Shown here in pieces: positions 37,192 to 46,745 of a stretch of 64,000 bases of DNA. The position numbers were made by a program, and so were the translations under genes. Numbering within the stretch: the first letter of the stretch is position 1; the number at the start of each line of letters is the position of its first letter. This DNA is from Candidatus Bathyarchaeia archaeon (GTDB lineage Archaea > Thermoproteota > Bathyarchaeia > Bathyarchaeales > Bathycorpusculaceae): assembly GCA_049516875.1 (NCBI GenBank), contig JBEKSS010000001.1, positions 224,001 to 288,000 of the forward strand. Direction: 5' to 3'. The notes below the pieces were generated by a model. The model did not search any database and had not been told where the DNA came from. It worked only from the letters and a program-made list of their open reading frames with translations.

Positions 37192-37806
37192 CTAGGTTGA
37201 ACTAAGTTGTGGAGGATTGCTGGGAGGCGGAGGTTTAACGCTTGTTTCTTCTTGGTGGACTCGCCAAGCACAAGCTATTCCTACGACTAACGAGACAGTT
37301 CCAGCAACCGCTAGGCTAACAGAATATCGGGCATAAGGATAATCTACAAGCGCGCGCACGCCGCCTTGACCCCAGAAATACCAAGTCTGCTGATAAAGGG
37401 TTGAGAGCATTCCTAATACCAAGAATAGTACACCTGAGATTATTCCTATGATGCCAATTAGTTGGTAATACGCTATCTTCGGAAGCTCACTTTCTGGTAA
37501 CTTTCTTTCTCTAAATGCCAACGCACCACCAACAATCAGCAAGATGAAAGGGAGTATCCCGAAAGGGGATGAAACAATCAAAGCCAACACGCCAGAGATA
37601 ATTAGAATCGCTCCACCTTTCCCATTACCTACCACACCACCGACTATACCCAGAATCCCTGCTAGGAAAGCCAAGACTATATTTATGGTCAAACCCGTAT
37701 CAACCGCTCCGTTTGCTTGATTAATTACCATTACCAAAAACGCCAATATGCCCATCACGAACGAGAAAACTCCACCCAGAACCCCCAAAAGGAAACTACG
37801 TTTCAT
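37192..37806 (-). CDS. Multi-pass membrane protein
   Basis: About six Gly-rich hydrophobic helices. Confidence 0.75.
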   Translation of the reverse strand: MKRSFLLGVLGGVFSFVMGILAFLVMVINQANGAVDTGLTINIVLAFLAGILGIVGGVVGNGKGGAILIISGVLALIVSSPFGILPFILLIVGGALAFRERKLPESELPKIAYYQLIGIIGIISGVLFLVLGMLSTLYQQTWYFWGQGGVRALVDYPYARYSVSLAVAGTVSLVVGIACAWRVHQEETSVKPPPPSNPPQLSST

Positions 37807-38275
37807 TTGTCTTTTTCACCTTTTGTCCCCATAATCACATGACAAAGGTGCTGTTTAAGTCTTTGTCTCATTCTTCAGGTGTATTCTAGAGTAGTTTTTT
37901 TCTCTTCTACACTTTCGAAATAATGTTGATAGCTAGTTAGCGGCTAGAGCATGGGAAAAGACCAGAACTTCAATGCGAAAAATGTAATGCCATTTCGAGG
38001 GTTCCAAGTGAAGAGAAATAGAGGATACTTCTACTACTCTTTTTAAGCCAGTTTGGCCTTCATATTACTGGCGACAGACATGGAAAAGCAAAATATCCAT
38101 GCCTGTGGAAACAGCTACTTAAGAATAACTGTCTCTTTCGGCAACATGTGCCTCTTTCATTCATTTCTGTTCTCTAAAGAGTTACTTTTCATGAATCTCC
38201 TCAGCGTATTAGACCTTACTCCTAGCAATTTGCTGGCTATTTCCAGCGGGCGCCTCAAATCCATGTGGCATGCAT

Positions 38276-39163
38276 TCAGATCGAAAAAGTGTGCCTTCTG
38301 TATTTCCAAGCGTCTGGAAATGAATAAGGAATTATCCACATGAAGGCGTAAAGAAAAGATTTCAGCAAATCAAAACCAGGACTAATCCTGTTAATAGTCC
38401 TTGTAAATACGCCCGCCCGGTTTTCGTAAGAAACCCTTCCATACTCGCCTAAAATCCTTGAGAACTTATGGTCTTCTGCCACAGCCAACTCTGGATCGTA
38501 CAGATACCCCTCATCCGCAGAAATCCTGAGAGCTACGTCACGCAGAACGGCAATACTGAATCCTGGCACGCTTGGACCCGAGATGGGAGTGCCCCGAATT
38601 CTTATGGTCGGGATTTTTGTCGAAAACCAAACAGTGTAGTTCTCCCCCATGGTTCCAAATCTCCGACTGACTTTCCGTGTATCACTCGGCCTGGCAGAAG
38701 GAGCTGCTCCCACAATGTTCTTGCTCCTTAACGCCTGATACATCACCTCAAAGTAGTTTTCATATTTGTCAAGCTTCGACGTCACATACTTAAGATCCAA
38801 CTCAGTGCCGCTAGAAAATCGGGTATCTATATCCTGAAAGACCACAATACTTCCTTTCGCATAAGAAAAACCGAGATTTCTGCCTATTGTAGGAGAATCC
38901 CATGACTTGTACTTGATCTTTCCAGACTCGTAAAGTCCCCGTCTATATTCCTGATAAGTTTCGCAGGCTATCAAGTTGGAATCACTCAATTCTGGAAAAT
39001 CTGCGTTTCCGCCTGCGTCAACGATCACGAATTCTATTTTCTTGCCCATTTTCTTCTCGAAGAGCTGCTTGACCGTTTCCCAGTTTTGAAAGGTCTCTTC
39101 GAGGAGCCCCTCGTTCTTCTCGTTTTTTGCAGTAGTTACGACCGAGAAAGTTGGTTGGGCCAT
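38276..39163 (-). CDS. Glycosyltransferase family 2
   Basis: FSVVTTAKNE, IVDAG, GRNLG, FQDID, AEDH. Confidence 0.88.
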   Translation of the reverse strand: MAQPTFSVVTTAKNEKNEGLLEETFQNWETVKQLFEKKMGKKIEFVIVDAGGNADFPELSDSNLIACETYQEYRRGLYESGKIKYKSWDSPTIGRNLGFSYAKGSIVVFQDIDTRFSSGTELDLKYVTSKLDKYENYFEVMYQALRSKNIVGAAPSARPSDTRKVSRRFGTMGENYTVWFSTKIPTIRIRGTPISGPSVPGFSIAVLRDVALRISADEGYLYDPELAVAEDHKFSRILGEYGRVSYENRAGVFTRTINRISPGFDLLKSFLYAFMWIIPYSFPDAWKYRRHTFSI

Positions 39164-39418
39164 GATAGGATGGGAATACACTAGATTCTTAAGCTTTTTT
39201 CAATGCCGATCCTATACTGCTTACCTAGCGTGCGTTTTCGACACGTCAATAGGTGTCCTCTTCTTTTCCAGTTTTTATAACCGAAAAAAACCATATCTGC
39301 CCATCAATAGCGTAATCGCCAATGGAACAGATAAAAAAGGACCGTGTGGGAGACATCTCCCGATAACTCTCCACTTAGGACTATTGATTGCGCATGGAAA
39401 CTGTTTTCCAAATTGAAG

Positions 39419-40000
39419 TTACTTGTACCATTCGGCGAATTTCCGAAAAGCAGCCGCACGGTGTGAACGCTTGCATTTTTCAGCAACATTCATTTGTGCA
39501 AACGTTTTGTCGCTGTTGTCCGGCTTGAAGATCGGGTCAAAGCCGAAGCCCATTTTATTGGTTGCTTTCCTTTCTCTGCGGACTATTTCTCCGGTGACTG
39601 TGCCTTCAAAACACATTGGCGATTCTAACTGCGAAGAAAAGTATGCAACTACCGATTTGAACTCAGCTTTTCTTTTATCGATCCTTTCCATGAGTCTAAG
39701 CAAGCCCTTGTTGCCTATCGTCCTGTAAACGTAAGCGGCATAGGGACCTGGAAAACCGTTCAAGGCATCTACGAACAGCCCAGCATCTTCAACCACCATG
39801 GGCAATCTGCATTTTTCAGAAGCTTCCATAACGCTTGCCTGCGCGATTTCTCCGAGGCTTTCGCTTTGGATTTCCAAGGACTTAACTCTGAGCATTCCGA
39901 CTACTATCCTGCTTTCGGCCAAGACCTCTCTGGCTTCGTTGAACTTGTTGACATTGTTTGTCGCGAAGAAAACGAAGTGACCCTTCAGTTGAAGACTCAT
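39419..40000 (-). CDS. rdgB: XTP/dITP diphosphatase (RdgB/HAM1)
   Basis: FATNNVNK, EDAGL, GFPGPY, GFGFDPIF, SHR. Confidence 0.95.
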   Translation of the reverse strand: MSLQLKGHFVFFATNNVNKFNEAREVLAESRIVVGMLRVKSLEIQSESLGEIAQASVMEASEKCRLPMVVEDAGLFVDALNGFPGPYAAYVYRTIGNKGLLRLMERIDKRKAEFKSVVAYFSSQLESPMCFEGTVTGEIVRRERKATNKMGFGFDPIFKPDNSDKTFAQMNVAEKCKRSHRAAAFRKFAEWYK

Positions 40001-40407
40001 TTCGCTTCACGTCTTCCCTTTGCACCTGTGGCTGACACATCGAAATATTTCTTCCAGTCTATCTGCGCGATCTCCAGAATGTTGCCATCTGGGTCCGCAA
40101 AGGTTGCCTGTCTCCCACCCCAAGGTTCATCGTGCAGTCCTTCGATGAATCTCACTCCTGCACGGCTTAGTCTATCGCAGAACTTGTCTACATCATCAAC
40201 AAGAAATTCCACGGATGGCGACGTGAGGCTCGTCTCCTGTCTCTCTCCAGATGCTGGAATCAATCCTATTTCTACGCCACCACATTCGAAACCGGCGTAG
40301 CTTGAAAACTCGTACTTCTTTTCCAAACCTAATGTTTCTTCATAGAATTTCACGGTTCTTTTCATGTCTGAAACGTGAAGAGTTATACTCCAAACGGTCT
40401 TGATCAT
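39997..40407 (-). CDS. VOC/glyoxalase-family protein
   Basis: FYEETLG, EPWGGRQATFADPDGNILE. Confidence 0.9.
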   Translation of the reverse strand: MIKTVWSITLHVSDMKRTVKFYEETLGLEKKYEFSSYAGFECGGVEIGLIPASGERQETSLTSPSVEFLVDDVDKFCDRLSRAGVRFIEGLHDEPWGGRQATFADPDGNILEIAQIDWKKYFDVSATGAKGRREAK

Positions 40408-41069
40408 TCTCTTTCCTTCCTCTCGGCGACGTAGCGACCTCTTCTTTCTATTTCCCTGATCTTATCTAAGACGTTTTCTGATGTTTCAGACTTCAAAACT
40501 GAAGAATATCCTTCAATCGCAGATTCAAAACACTCCTCGGCAAACTTGTAGTGGGTGCTCTGGAGAGCTCTCTTCATCAGATGAAGGTCAACCCCTCTGG
40601 CTTCAAGCTCTTTCGTCTTGTCGCCAAGCCCGAAGTCCACGAAGAATATCTTGCCTTCCGGGTGTTGAATGAGGTTTGAGGTTGTCAGGTCACCGTGAAC
40701 TATCCCGTATTCGTGAAGTTTGCCTGTTGATTCGCCAATTCTAAAACACAGGCTTCGTCTCTCACTCTTGGATACTTCATTGAGCAGTTGCTTCACTTGT
40801 TTTCCTTCTATGTACTCCATTATTATGGTCGTGTTCTTGCGATCAACCAAGAAGATTATCGGTGTGGGCACTCCAGCTTTTTTGGCTTCATGCATCAGTT
40901 GAGGTTCATGAATCGTTCGGTAGGCGCGGATTTGTTCATCCAAGGCCGAGGGACGGTATTTCTTGGGTAGGCGCTTCTTCAACACCACTTTTCTTCCATG
41001 CCAATCCGCGAGGTAAAGATCAGCTTCAGCTCCCTTCTTTATTAGCACTGGCTGTTTCATTGCATCCAC
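40404..41069 (-). CDS. bud32: KEOPS kinase Bud32
   Basis: KGAEA, HGDLTTSN, DFGL, RGRY. Confidence 0.95.
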   Translation of the reverse strand: MDAMKQPVLIKKGAEADLYLADWHGRKVVLKKRLPKKYRPSALDEQIRAYRTIHEPQLMHEAKKAGVPTPIIFLVDRKNTTIIMEYIEGKQVKQLLNEVSKSERRSLCFRIGESTGKLHEYGIVHGDLTTSNLIQHPEGKIFFVDFGLGDKTKELEARGVDLHLMKRALQSTHYKFAEECFESAIEGYSSVLKSETSENVLDKIREIERRGRYVAERKERE

Positions 41070-42079
41070 GGAACCTCAACCTCTTCAAGCCGCCACCTCA
41101 GCCGCACTTGACTCTTCTCAATCTCAGTTACTGTGCCATGTGTGTAAGCCAGAACGCCTGTCCACGCGATCATGGCCCCGTTGTCAATCGCAAACTCGGT
41201 CGGCACAACATCGAATCGCGCGCTATGCTCCTCTGCCACAGATCTAATCATGCTTTGCAACCTCTTGTTCGCGGCAACTCCACCCGTTAGCAGGACTTCT
41301 TCTCTTGCCGTGTGCGCTAGAGCCCTCTCGGTCACTTCTGTGACCATTGAAAACGCTGTTTCCTGAAGACTGTAACACACGTCCTCAAGCTTGCATTCCC
41401 CTTTCTTGAGAAGCGTGACCGCCGCAGTCAGTAGGCCGCTCAGGGACACGTCCATGCCTTTAACAGTGTATGGCAACTTGATCAATTGTTTCCCGCTTCG
41501 GGCAAGCTTTTCGACAACAGCCCCGAAGGGCAGACCTGGCTTTTGATGCAGACCCGCTTCCCTTGCAAAAACGTCTAAACAGTTTCCCAGAGCAATGTCC
41601 AGCGTCTCGCCGAAGATTCTGTATCGTCCACAATCGAAAGCCGCAACGATGGTGTTGCCTCCTGAAACGTAAAGCGTCAAAGGATTCTTCGTCCCCGTTT
41701 CCAATTTTCCTATTTCGACGTGTGCCACGCAATGATTGACTCCTACGAGCGGAATCTTTAGGTAAGAAGCCAACGCGCGAGCCACGGTTGCTCCAGTGCG
41801 GAGGCATGGACCCAAGCCTGGACCCTGAGAAAATGCTATCACCGACAGGTTCTGCGGTTTCACTCCCGATCCTTTAAGAGCACCGTCTAAAACCTTGCTC
41901 GCCACTTCAGCATGGTGCCGCGCGGCCTCCCGCGGATGGATGCCGCCTTCTGGTGGAACATAGGCGTCTATAATGTTTGCCAAGATTTTGCCATCGAATG
42001 TTGATATTCCAACGCTGAAGTCGTCCGCCGATGATTCGATTCCCAAGCAATAGCGCTCCTCTGCCGCCCTGTTCTTCAT
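41057..42079 (-). CDS. kae1: KEOPS t6A synthase Kae1
   Basis: LGIES, GGIHPREAARHH, GPGLGPCL, VNHCVAHVE, VSGGNT, DNGAMIA. Confidence 0.96.
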   Translation of the reverse strand: MKNRAAEERYCLGIESSADDFSVGISTFDGKILANIIDAYVPPEGGIHPREAARHHAEVASKVLDGALKGSGVKPQNLSVIAFSQGPGLGPCLRTGATVARALASYLKIPLVGVNHCVAHVEIGKLETGTKNPLTLYVSGGNTIVAAFDCGRYRIFGETLDIALGNCLDVFAREAGLHQKPGLPFGAVVEKLARSGKQLIKLPYTVKGMDVSLSGLLTAAVTLLKKGECKLEDVCYSLQETAFSMVTEVTERALAHTAREEVLLTGGVAANKRLQSMIRSVAEEHSARFDVVPTEFAIDNGAMIAWTGVLAYTHGTVTEIEKSQVRLRWRLEEVEVPWMQ

Positions 42080-42132
42080 TTTTCTCGTCCCCGAACATGG
42101 ATTCTTTCGGTCGTGAACATACACCTTTTCAT

Positions 42133-43345
42133 GTGAACTACCCTAACCCTAACGGCTAGGGCTTCCTGCTTCAACGACAACGCTTGCCGACACTTCCAGC
42201 AGAGGCTTCGTCTCCACAGGCTCCAAGGGTCGTCCCAACCCCGCTAAACCCCTCTCCAGAATATTGAGAGAGGCATTGTAGTCTCTATCCAAATCTCCAT
42301 GTTTATACTCTTGTGATGTTCCTCTCGGGTTCACCCTCACAATCGACCTACCAGCGTTTTCAGCTTTGTAGGCCAACATCTGAAGTAACCTGCCCCAAGA
42401 GGCATCCAGAATTTTTCCAGCAAGGTTACGGTTTCTAACCATGTTCGTTATGTTCAAATCTTCAACCGCAATCACATCATAGTTGTTGACATAAAACCTT
42501 GAAAGTTTGTGGAGAAAATCATTCCTCTGATTCACGAGTTTCTCATGGAGACATGCCAGTCTCACTCTCTGTCTGCCTCTGCTTTTTGAACCATTCTTCT
42601 TCCTTGAAAGCTCACACTGAGCTACTTGGATTCTGGATAATGTTTTCTCGTAGAACCTCGGGTTCTCAACCTGTCGTCCATCACTATCTGATAAGAAATG
42701 TTTTAACCCGACGTCTATGCCTATGCTTTTGTTCGTTCTAGGCAACGGTTTTGCCGTACTTTCACATTGGAATATCGCATGCCATTTCCCCGAAAGTTCA
42801 CGCTTGATGATTACACCCTTGATTTTTCCCTCGATTGAGCGGTGAAGTTTGATGCTGATTGCTCCAACCTTCGAGAGACACAGCTTCTTTCCATTAAGTC
42901 TAAAGCCAGACTGGTTGAAATTCAATGTTTTGAACCATGCTCCCTTGAACCTGAGCTTTCCTATCTTCCGCCCCTTCGCCTTCATCTTTGATAACGCTCG
43001 AATGTTGCTCCACAGTTGATGGTTGACCATCTGCAAAACTTTAGAATACACTTGATTAAGTTCTGGTTTCTGTTTTTTCAACTCTATAATGAGGTGCTGC
43101 ATTTCTTTCTGACTGAGTTTTAGCCCTTGACTCTTCGCCACATTTAGTTCTTCAAGCAGCCTATTGTATAACCACCTGCACAATTCAAGGTGGTCACATA
43201 ATTTCTGTTCAGTAAATCTTGAGGGGCACAGCCTAAACTTTTGACTCAGCACTAAATGCACAAAAATAACTATTATCCAACGGCTTATAACATTTCAGCT
43301 TTCATCCTCAACGTGAAAGATGGGGACTTCCCACCCGATAAAGTC
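42133..43345 (-). mobile_element. TnpB-only IS200/IS605 (IS1341-like) element
   Basis: Right end ...GGGTAGTTCAC ends at 42133, left-end hairpin near 43300-43330, no tnpA. The left boundary is approximate. Confidence 0.85.
42149..43261 (-). CDS. tnpB: RNA-guided endonuclease TnpB
   Basis: CRWLYN HTH, RuvC-I GIDVG, RuvC-II VEDL, RuvC-III DRDYNAS. Confidence 0.95.
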   Translation of the reverse strand: MHLVLSQKFRLCPSRFTEQKLCDHLELCRWLYNRLLEELNVAKSQGLKLSQKEMQHLIIELKKQKPELNQVYSKVLQMVNHQLWSNIRALSKMKAKGRKIGKLRFKGAWFKTLNFNQSGFRLNGKKLCLSKVGAISIKLHRSIEGKIKGVIIKRELSGKWHAIFQCESTAKPLPRTNKSIGIDVGLKHFLSDSDGRQVENPRFYEKTLSRIQVAQCELSRKKNGSKSRGRQRVRLACLHEKLVNQRNDFLHKLSRFYVNNYDVIAVEDLNITNMVRNRNLAGKILDASWGRLLQMLAYKAENAGRSIVRVNPRGTSQEYKHGDLDRDYNASLNILERGLAGLGRPLEPVETKPLLEVSASVVVEAGSPSR

Positions 43346-43482
43346 AAAAATGTTCGAATCTCTTGCTTTTTCTGAACAGCAAATATTGCACAGCCTATGT
43401 CGCATGTTAGGAATCGTATAGATTTAGGGTGAGGTTTTTATTTGAAAACTGCACACATTAAAGTGGATTGGAACTGATTGCA

Positions 43483-43863
43483 ATGCCAAAACGCAATGGC
43501 CTAGAACAGAGAGCTCTTCAATTCATCACGAACACCGGTTTCAACGGTATTCTTCAATCTGACCTGTGGCATGAACTCGGAGCAACCAGCCGAGAAGGTT
43601 CCAGGATATCGTTGAAGCTAGAGACCAAGGGACTTATCCGTCGAGAGAAGGAGCTTCGTGAAGGAAGATGGACCTTTAGACTCTTCCCAAAGAGGTTGCC
43701 CGCATCAATCGACTCGATAGCCGACTGCCCGTGCCTAATGTGTGCAGACGATCCCAGATGTGACCCCTCAGGCGCACCTTCACCCCAGAGCTGTGACCGC
43801 CTTACAGACTGGCTTCTCTGCATATCCGGAAGTGACCAAGGCGGCATCATGGGTGACAGCTAG
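43483..43863 (+). CDS. TFE-beta / Rpc34-like factor (wHTH plus Fe-S domain)
   Basis: GILQSDLW wHTH. C-terminal CPCLMC...RCDP...SPQSCDRLTDWL matches the Rpc34/C39 Cys pattern. Confidence 0.8.
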   Translation: MPKRNGLEQRALQFITNTGFNGILQSDLWHELGATSREGSRISLKLETKGLIRREKELREGRWTFRLFPKRLPASIDSIADCPCLMCADDPRCDPSGAPSPQSCDRLTDWLLCISGSDQGGIMGDS

Positions 43864-43865
43864 TC

Positions 43866-44495
43866 TTGCCCAAAGCATGGATCCAGGATAGAAAAAGAGA
43901 CTATTACTACCAGAAGGCAAAACAAGAAAAGTACCGTTCAAGAGCATCGTACAAGTTGTTTCAGGCCATCAAGAAATATCATCTTATAGAATTCGGTGAC
44001 GTCGTCGTTGACCTGGGCGCGGCGCCTGGAGGATGGATTCAGGCCGCGAGAAAAACTGTTGGAAAGAGAGGTTTCGTTTTGGGTGTTGATTTGAAAACCG
44101 TCGAACCTTTTCCTCAGCCCTACGTTAGGACAATAGTCTGTGACATAACGGAACAGGATGCCGTGCAGCAGATTCTGGAGATGCTTCCGAGAAAAGCTGA
44201 TGTAGTGATTTCAGACGCCTCTCCTAACATCTCGGGAATCTGGGAACTTGACCATGCGCGCCAGATAGATCTAGCCCAACAAGCCCTGCAAATAGCGTTG
44301 GACACGCTTAGGCCCGGTGGCAACTTTTTCGTGAAGGTTTTCCAAGGAGACATGCTTGACGATTATACGCACAAAGTTAAGCAATACTTTGAAACTGTCT
44401 TGGTGATAAAACCAAAGGCAAGCAGGGCCAAAAGCTCGGAAATGTTCATTTTAGGACGATGTTTGGAAAAGCCCCGATTTGAACAGCAAACATAA
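43866..44495 (+). CDS. rlmE: 23S rRNA 2'-O-methyltransferase RlmE/FtsJ
   Basis: YRSRASYKL, DLGAAPGGW, SDASPN, VKVFQG, SRAKSSE. Confidence 0.96.
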   Translation: MPKAWIQDRKRDYYYQKAKQEKYRSRASYKLFQAIKKYHLIEFGDVVVDLGAAPGGWIQAARKTVGKRGFVLGVDLKTVEPFPQPYVRTIVCDITEQDAVQQILEMLPRKADVVISDASPNISGIWELDHARQIDLAQQALQIALDTLRPGGNFFVKVFQGDMLDDYTHKVKQYFETVLVIKPKASRAKSSEMFILGRCLEKPRFEQQT

Positions 44496-44524
44496 ATCTT
44501 ATCGATTGGCCTATAGTAAACGCG

Positions 44525-45226
44525 GTGAAAAACCTGAGAATCATTGCCGCAGACTCCTCTGCAGCCGTGCTGAACGAGAAGTTCGAACCTTTATCGATTG
44601 TCGCGGCAGCCTCAGTCCTAGTCGTCCCGCCCTACAGAGAAGCGAGCACGCGCTTGGCCGAACCGATTTTTGTTAATGCAACCAACGGATCCGAGGTTGT
44701 GGTGCACGAAGCAGAACTCTGCAGGGAACTCATCGGAAAAGTTGGCGCTGATGTTGTGCATCTTGACATGTCCCTGGGGTCAACCCCTGTTGAACAGCTT
44801 TCGCCGATCCAATTCACTAACATGAAGATCTCCTCAAGAGCAAGACAGCATCTTCTGAAGATCTTGCCGCGAATAAGAAAGATTGCAAATGAAATAACCC
44901 TGAAATATGGGGCGGACGTGTTGGCCATAGGCAAGGAAAGCATTCCCGTGAGGGTTGCGGAGTTGACAGCAGGTGCGCACGCAATACTGTACACGGCTGA
45001 AAAGGCCGTCGATGAGAAGAAGGCGATCCTTCTGGGTTTGCCGTCCAGGTGCCAACCCCGTTTTGCTGAAGGCGCCGTGTATCTCTACTCGCTTATGGCT
45101 GCGGAACACGACGTGAGAGGTTTTGCAGAAGATCCAAGGGGAATTTTGGGCAAGATTAATATTATGGAGATGTTAAACCCAGTTGCAAGAGGCTTCCGAA
45201 CCTTAAGGATAACACCAAAGCACTGA
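44525..45226 (+). CDS. DUF4152-like protein (RNase H-like fold)
   Basis: IIAADSSAAVL, VHLDMSLG, AIGKESIPVRVAEL. Confidence 0.7.
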   Translation: MKNLRIIAADSSAAVLNEKFEPLSIVAAASVLVVPPYREASTRLAEPIFVNATNGSEVVVHEAELCRELIGKVGADVVHLDMSLGSTPVEQLSPIQFTNMKISSRARQHLLKILPRIRKIANEITLKYGADVLAIGKESIPVRVAELTAGAHAILYTAEKAVDEKKAILLGLPSRCQPRFAEGAVYLYSLMAAEHDVRGFAEDPRGILGKINIMEMLNPVARGFRTLRITPKH

Positions 45227-45243
45227 AAGAGGATGGCTGGAAC

Positions 45244-45798
45244 GTGAACTTAGAATTTTGGAAAAAGGCTTCGCCCATGCGCAGAAGAATCATAACAATT
45301 CTCCTAGTTTTTGTGGCAGCCGTGATTCTAACTGTCATTGCAACACTCACGCCCATGACACAACAGAACGCAGTCGCAACCAACAACGACATCAACCAGA
45401 CAGTCAACACAATGAAGGCAAATGATGCACTGTTGCAGTATATTTATGGACAGAATTTCATGATCACCATGCTATTGTTCGTGCCTTTTATAGGCCCCGT
45501 CCTAGGATTTGTTACGTTTTATAACACTGGCGTGGCGTTAGGAGCCGAGTTTAGGGCACAAGTACCAAGTGTTCCTCCCCCCTTGGTTTTCTCGGTGGAG
45601 TTTATTGACCCCATTTTTTGGTTAGAGTTTGTGTCCTATTCAATAGCTATCGCCGGAGGTATTTGGCTATCGGCCCGAATATTGCAAGGAAGCGCCAGAC
45701 ACGAAATAAGGAACACAGCCAAGTTCATTTCAGTGTGTGCGGTCCTACTTCTCATAAGCGCTGTCATAGAAGCAACTTTGATATACGCGAGTTCGTAG
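45244..45798 (+). CDS. SpoIIM/DUF95-family membrane protein
   Basis: FYNTG, LEFVSYSIA, LLISAVIEA. Confidence 0.8.
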   Translation: MNLEFWKKASPMRRRIITILLVFVAAVILTVIATLTPMTQQNAVATNNDINQTVNTMKANDALLQYIYGQNFMITMLLFVPFIGPVLGFVTFYNTGVALGAEFRAQVPSVPPPLVFSVEFIDPIFWLEFVSYSIAIAGGIWLSARILQGSARHEIRNTAKFISVCAVLLLISAVIEATLIYASS

Positions 45799-45841
45799 AG
45801 GTTCTGCACGTTCTGGGCTCCTTTTGCGCGGTATGACGGCT

Positions 45842-46708
45842 CTATTTTCCAAGAACCTTTACGACTTTCATGTTTATGTCTAAAGCCTTTGCACTCTCTG
45901 TTATTTCTCCCAAGCTTACGATGTCAACTTTCTTAGAGGCAAACTCGATAACGTTTTCAGTCGTGATTCCACCGCTCGCTTCCAGCAACACTTTTCCAAA
46001 GAACCCGGCTTTCTCCAGAACTTTCATCGCCCCTCCTATTTGTTTTGGAGAGAAATTATCAAGCATGATTACGTCTGCTCCTGCCACTGCAGCTTCTAGA
46101 GCGTCAGCGGCGCTGGTTACTTCAACCTCAATTTTTTTGCTGAATGAAGCTCTTTTCCTAGCGCCTCTGACAGCTTTTTGTAGGCTTCCGGCCATTACAA
46201 TGTGGTTGTCTTTTATCAATATCATGTCGTCGAGATGAAGCCTGTGTGTGTCGCCGCCCCCCACAAAAACTGCTTTCTTATCAAAGTATAGAAGCCCCGG
46301 AGCTGTCTTCCGAGTACACGCGACTTTCGTTTTGAGTTTGGCCTTTTGGATTTTTTTCACTAGCTGCCTCGTGGTAGTTGCTATGCCACTCATGCGCGAA
46401 AGGAGGTTGAGTAGTGTTCGCTCCGCCGACAGGATTGTCCTTGCGTCACCCGATATCTTCATCATGACCTGATTAGCCGCTATTTTATCTCCGTCTTTGA
46501 GTGAAGCTTGAACCTTAAGTCCTAGGCTTTCAAGAAGGACTGTGGCTTCTTCGATACCAGCGGCAACCCCCAGCTCTTTGCATCTGACCTCAGCTTCTGC
46601 GGTTGCTCCGGCTGGAACTATCAGTGCGGTGGTTATGTCTCCTTCCCCTACGTCTTCGGCCAATAATTTCAGAAGCTTCTCTTCCAGAATCTTACGGGGC
46701 AAGAACAT
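45842..46708 (-). CDS. nadC: Quinolinate phosphoribosyltransferase
   Basis: EDVGEGDITT, ERTLLN, TRKT, HRLHLDD, IKDNH, MLDN, EASGGI. Confidence 0.97.
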   Translation of the reverse strand: MFLPRKILEEKLLKLLAEDVGEGDITTALIVPAGATAEAEVRCKELGVAAGIEEATVLLESLGLKVQASLKDGDKIAANQVMMKISGDARTILSAERTLLNLLSRMSGIATTTRQLVKKIQKAKLKTKVACTRKTAPGLLYFDKKAVFVGGGDTHRLHLDDMILIKDNHIVMAGSLQKAVRGARKRASFSKKIEVEVTSAADALEAAVAGADVIMLDNFSPKQIGGAMKVLEKAGFFGKVLLEASGGITTENVIEFASKKVDIVSLGEITESAKALDINMKVVKVLGK

Positions 46709-46745
46709 ACTCGTACTTTTTGATCTTCTAGCCTAAAATACTTGC

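Noticed and set aside
22996-44261. GCGCGC hexamers inside hsp20 (22996), the IMPase gene (24283), DHH (33934), kae1 (41218) and rlmE (44256)
   Set aside because: They lie in intact conserved reading frames at about the frequency expected by chance, so they were not counted as junctions.
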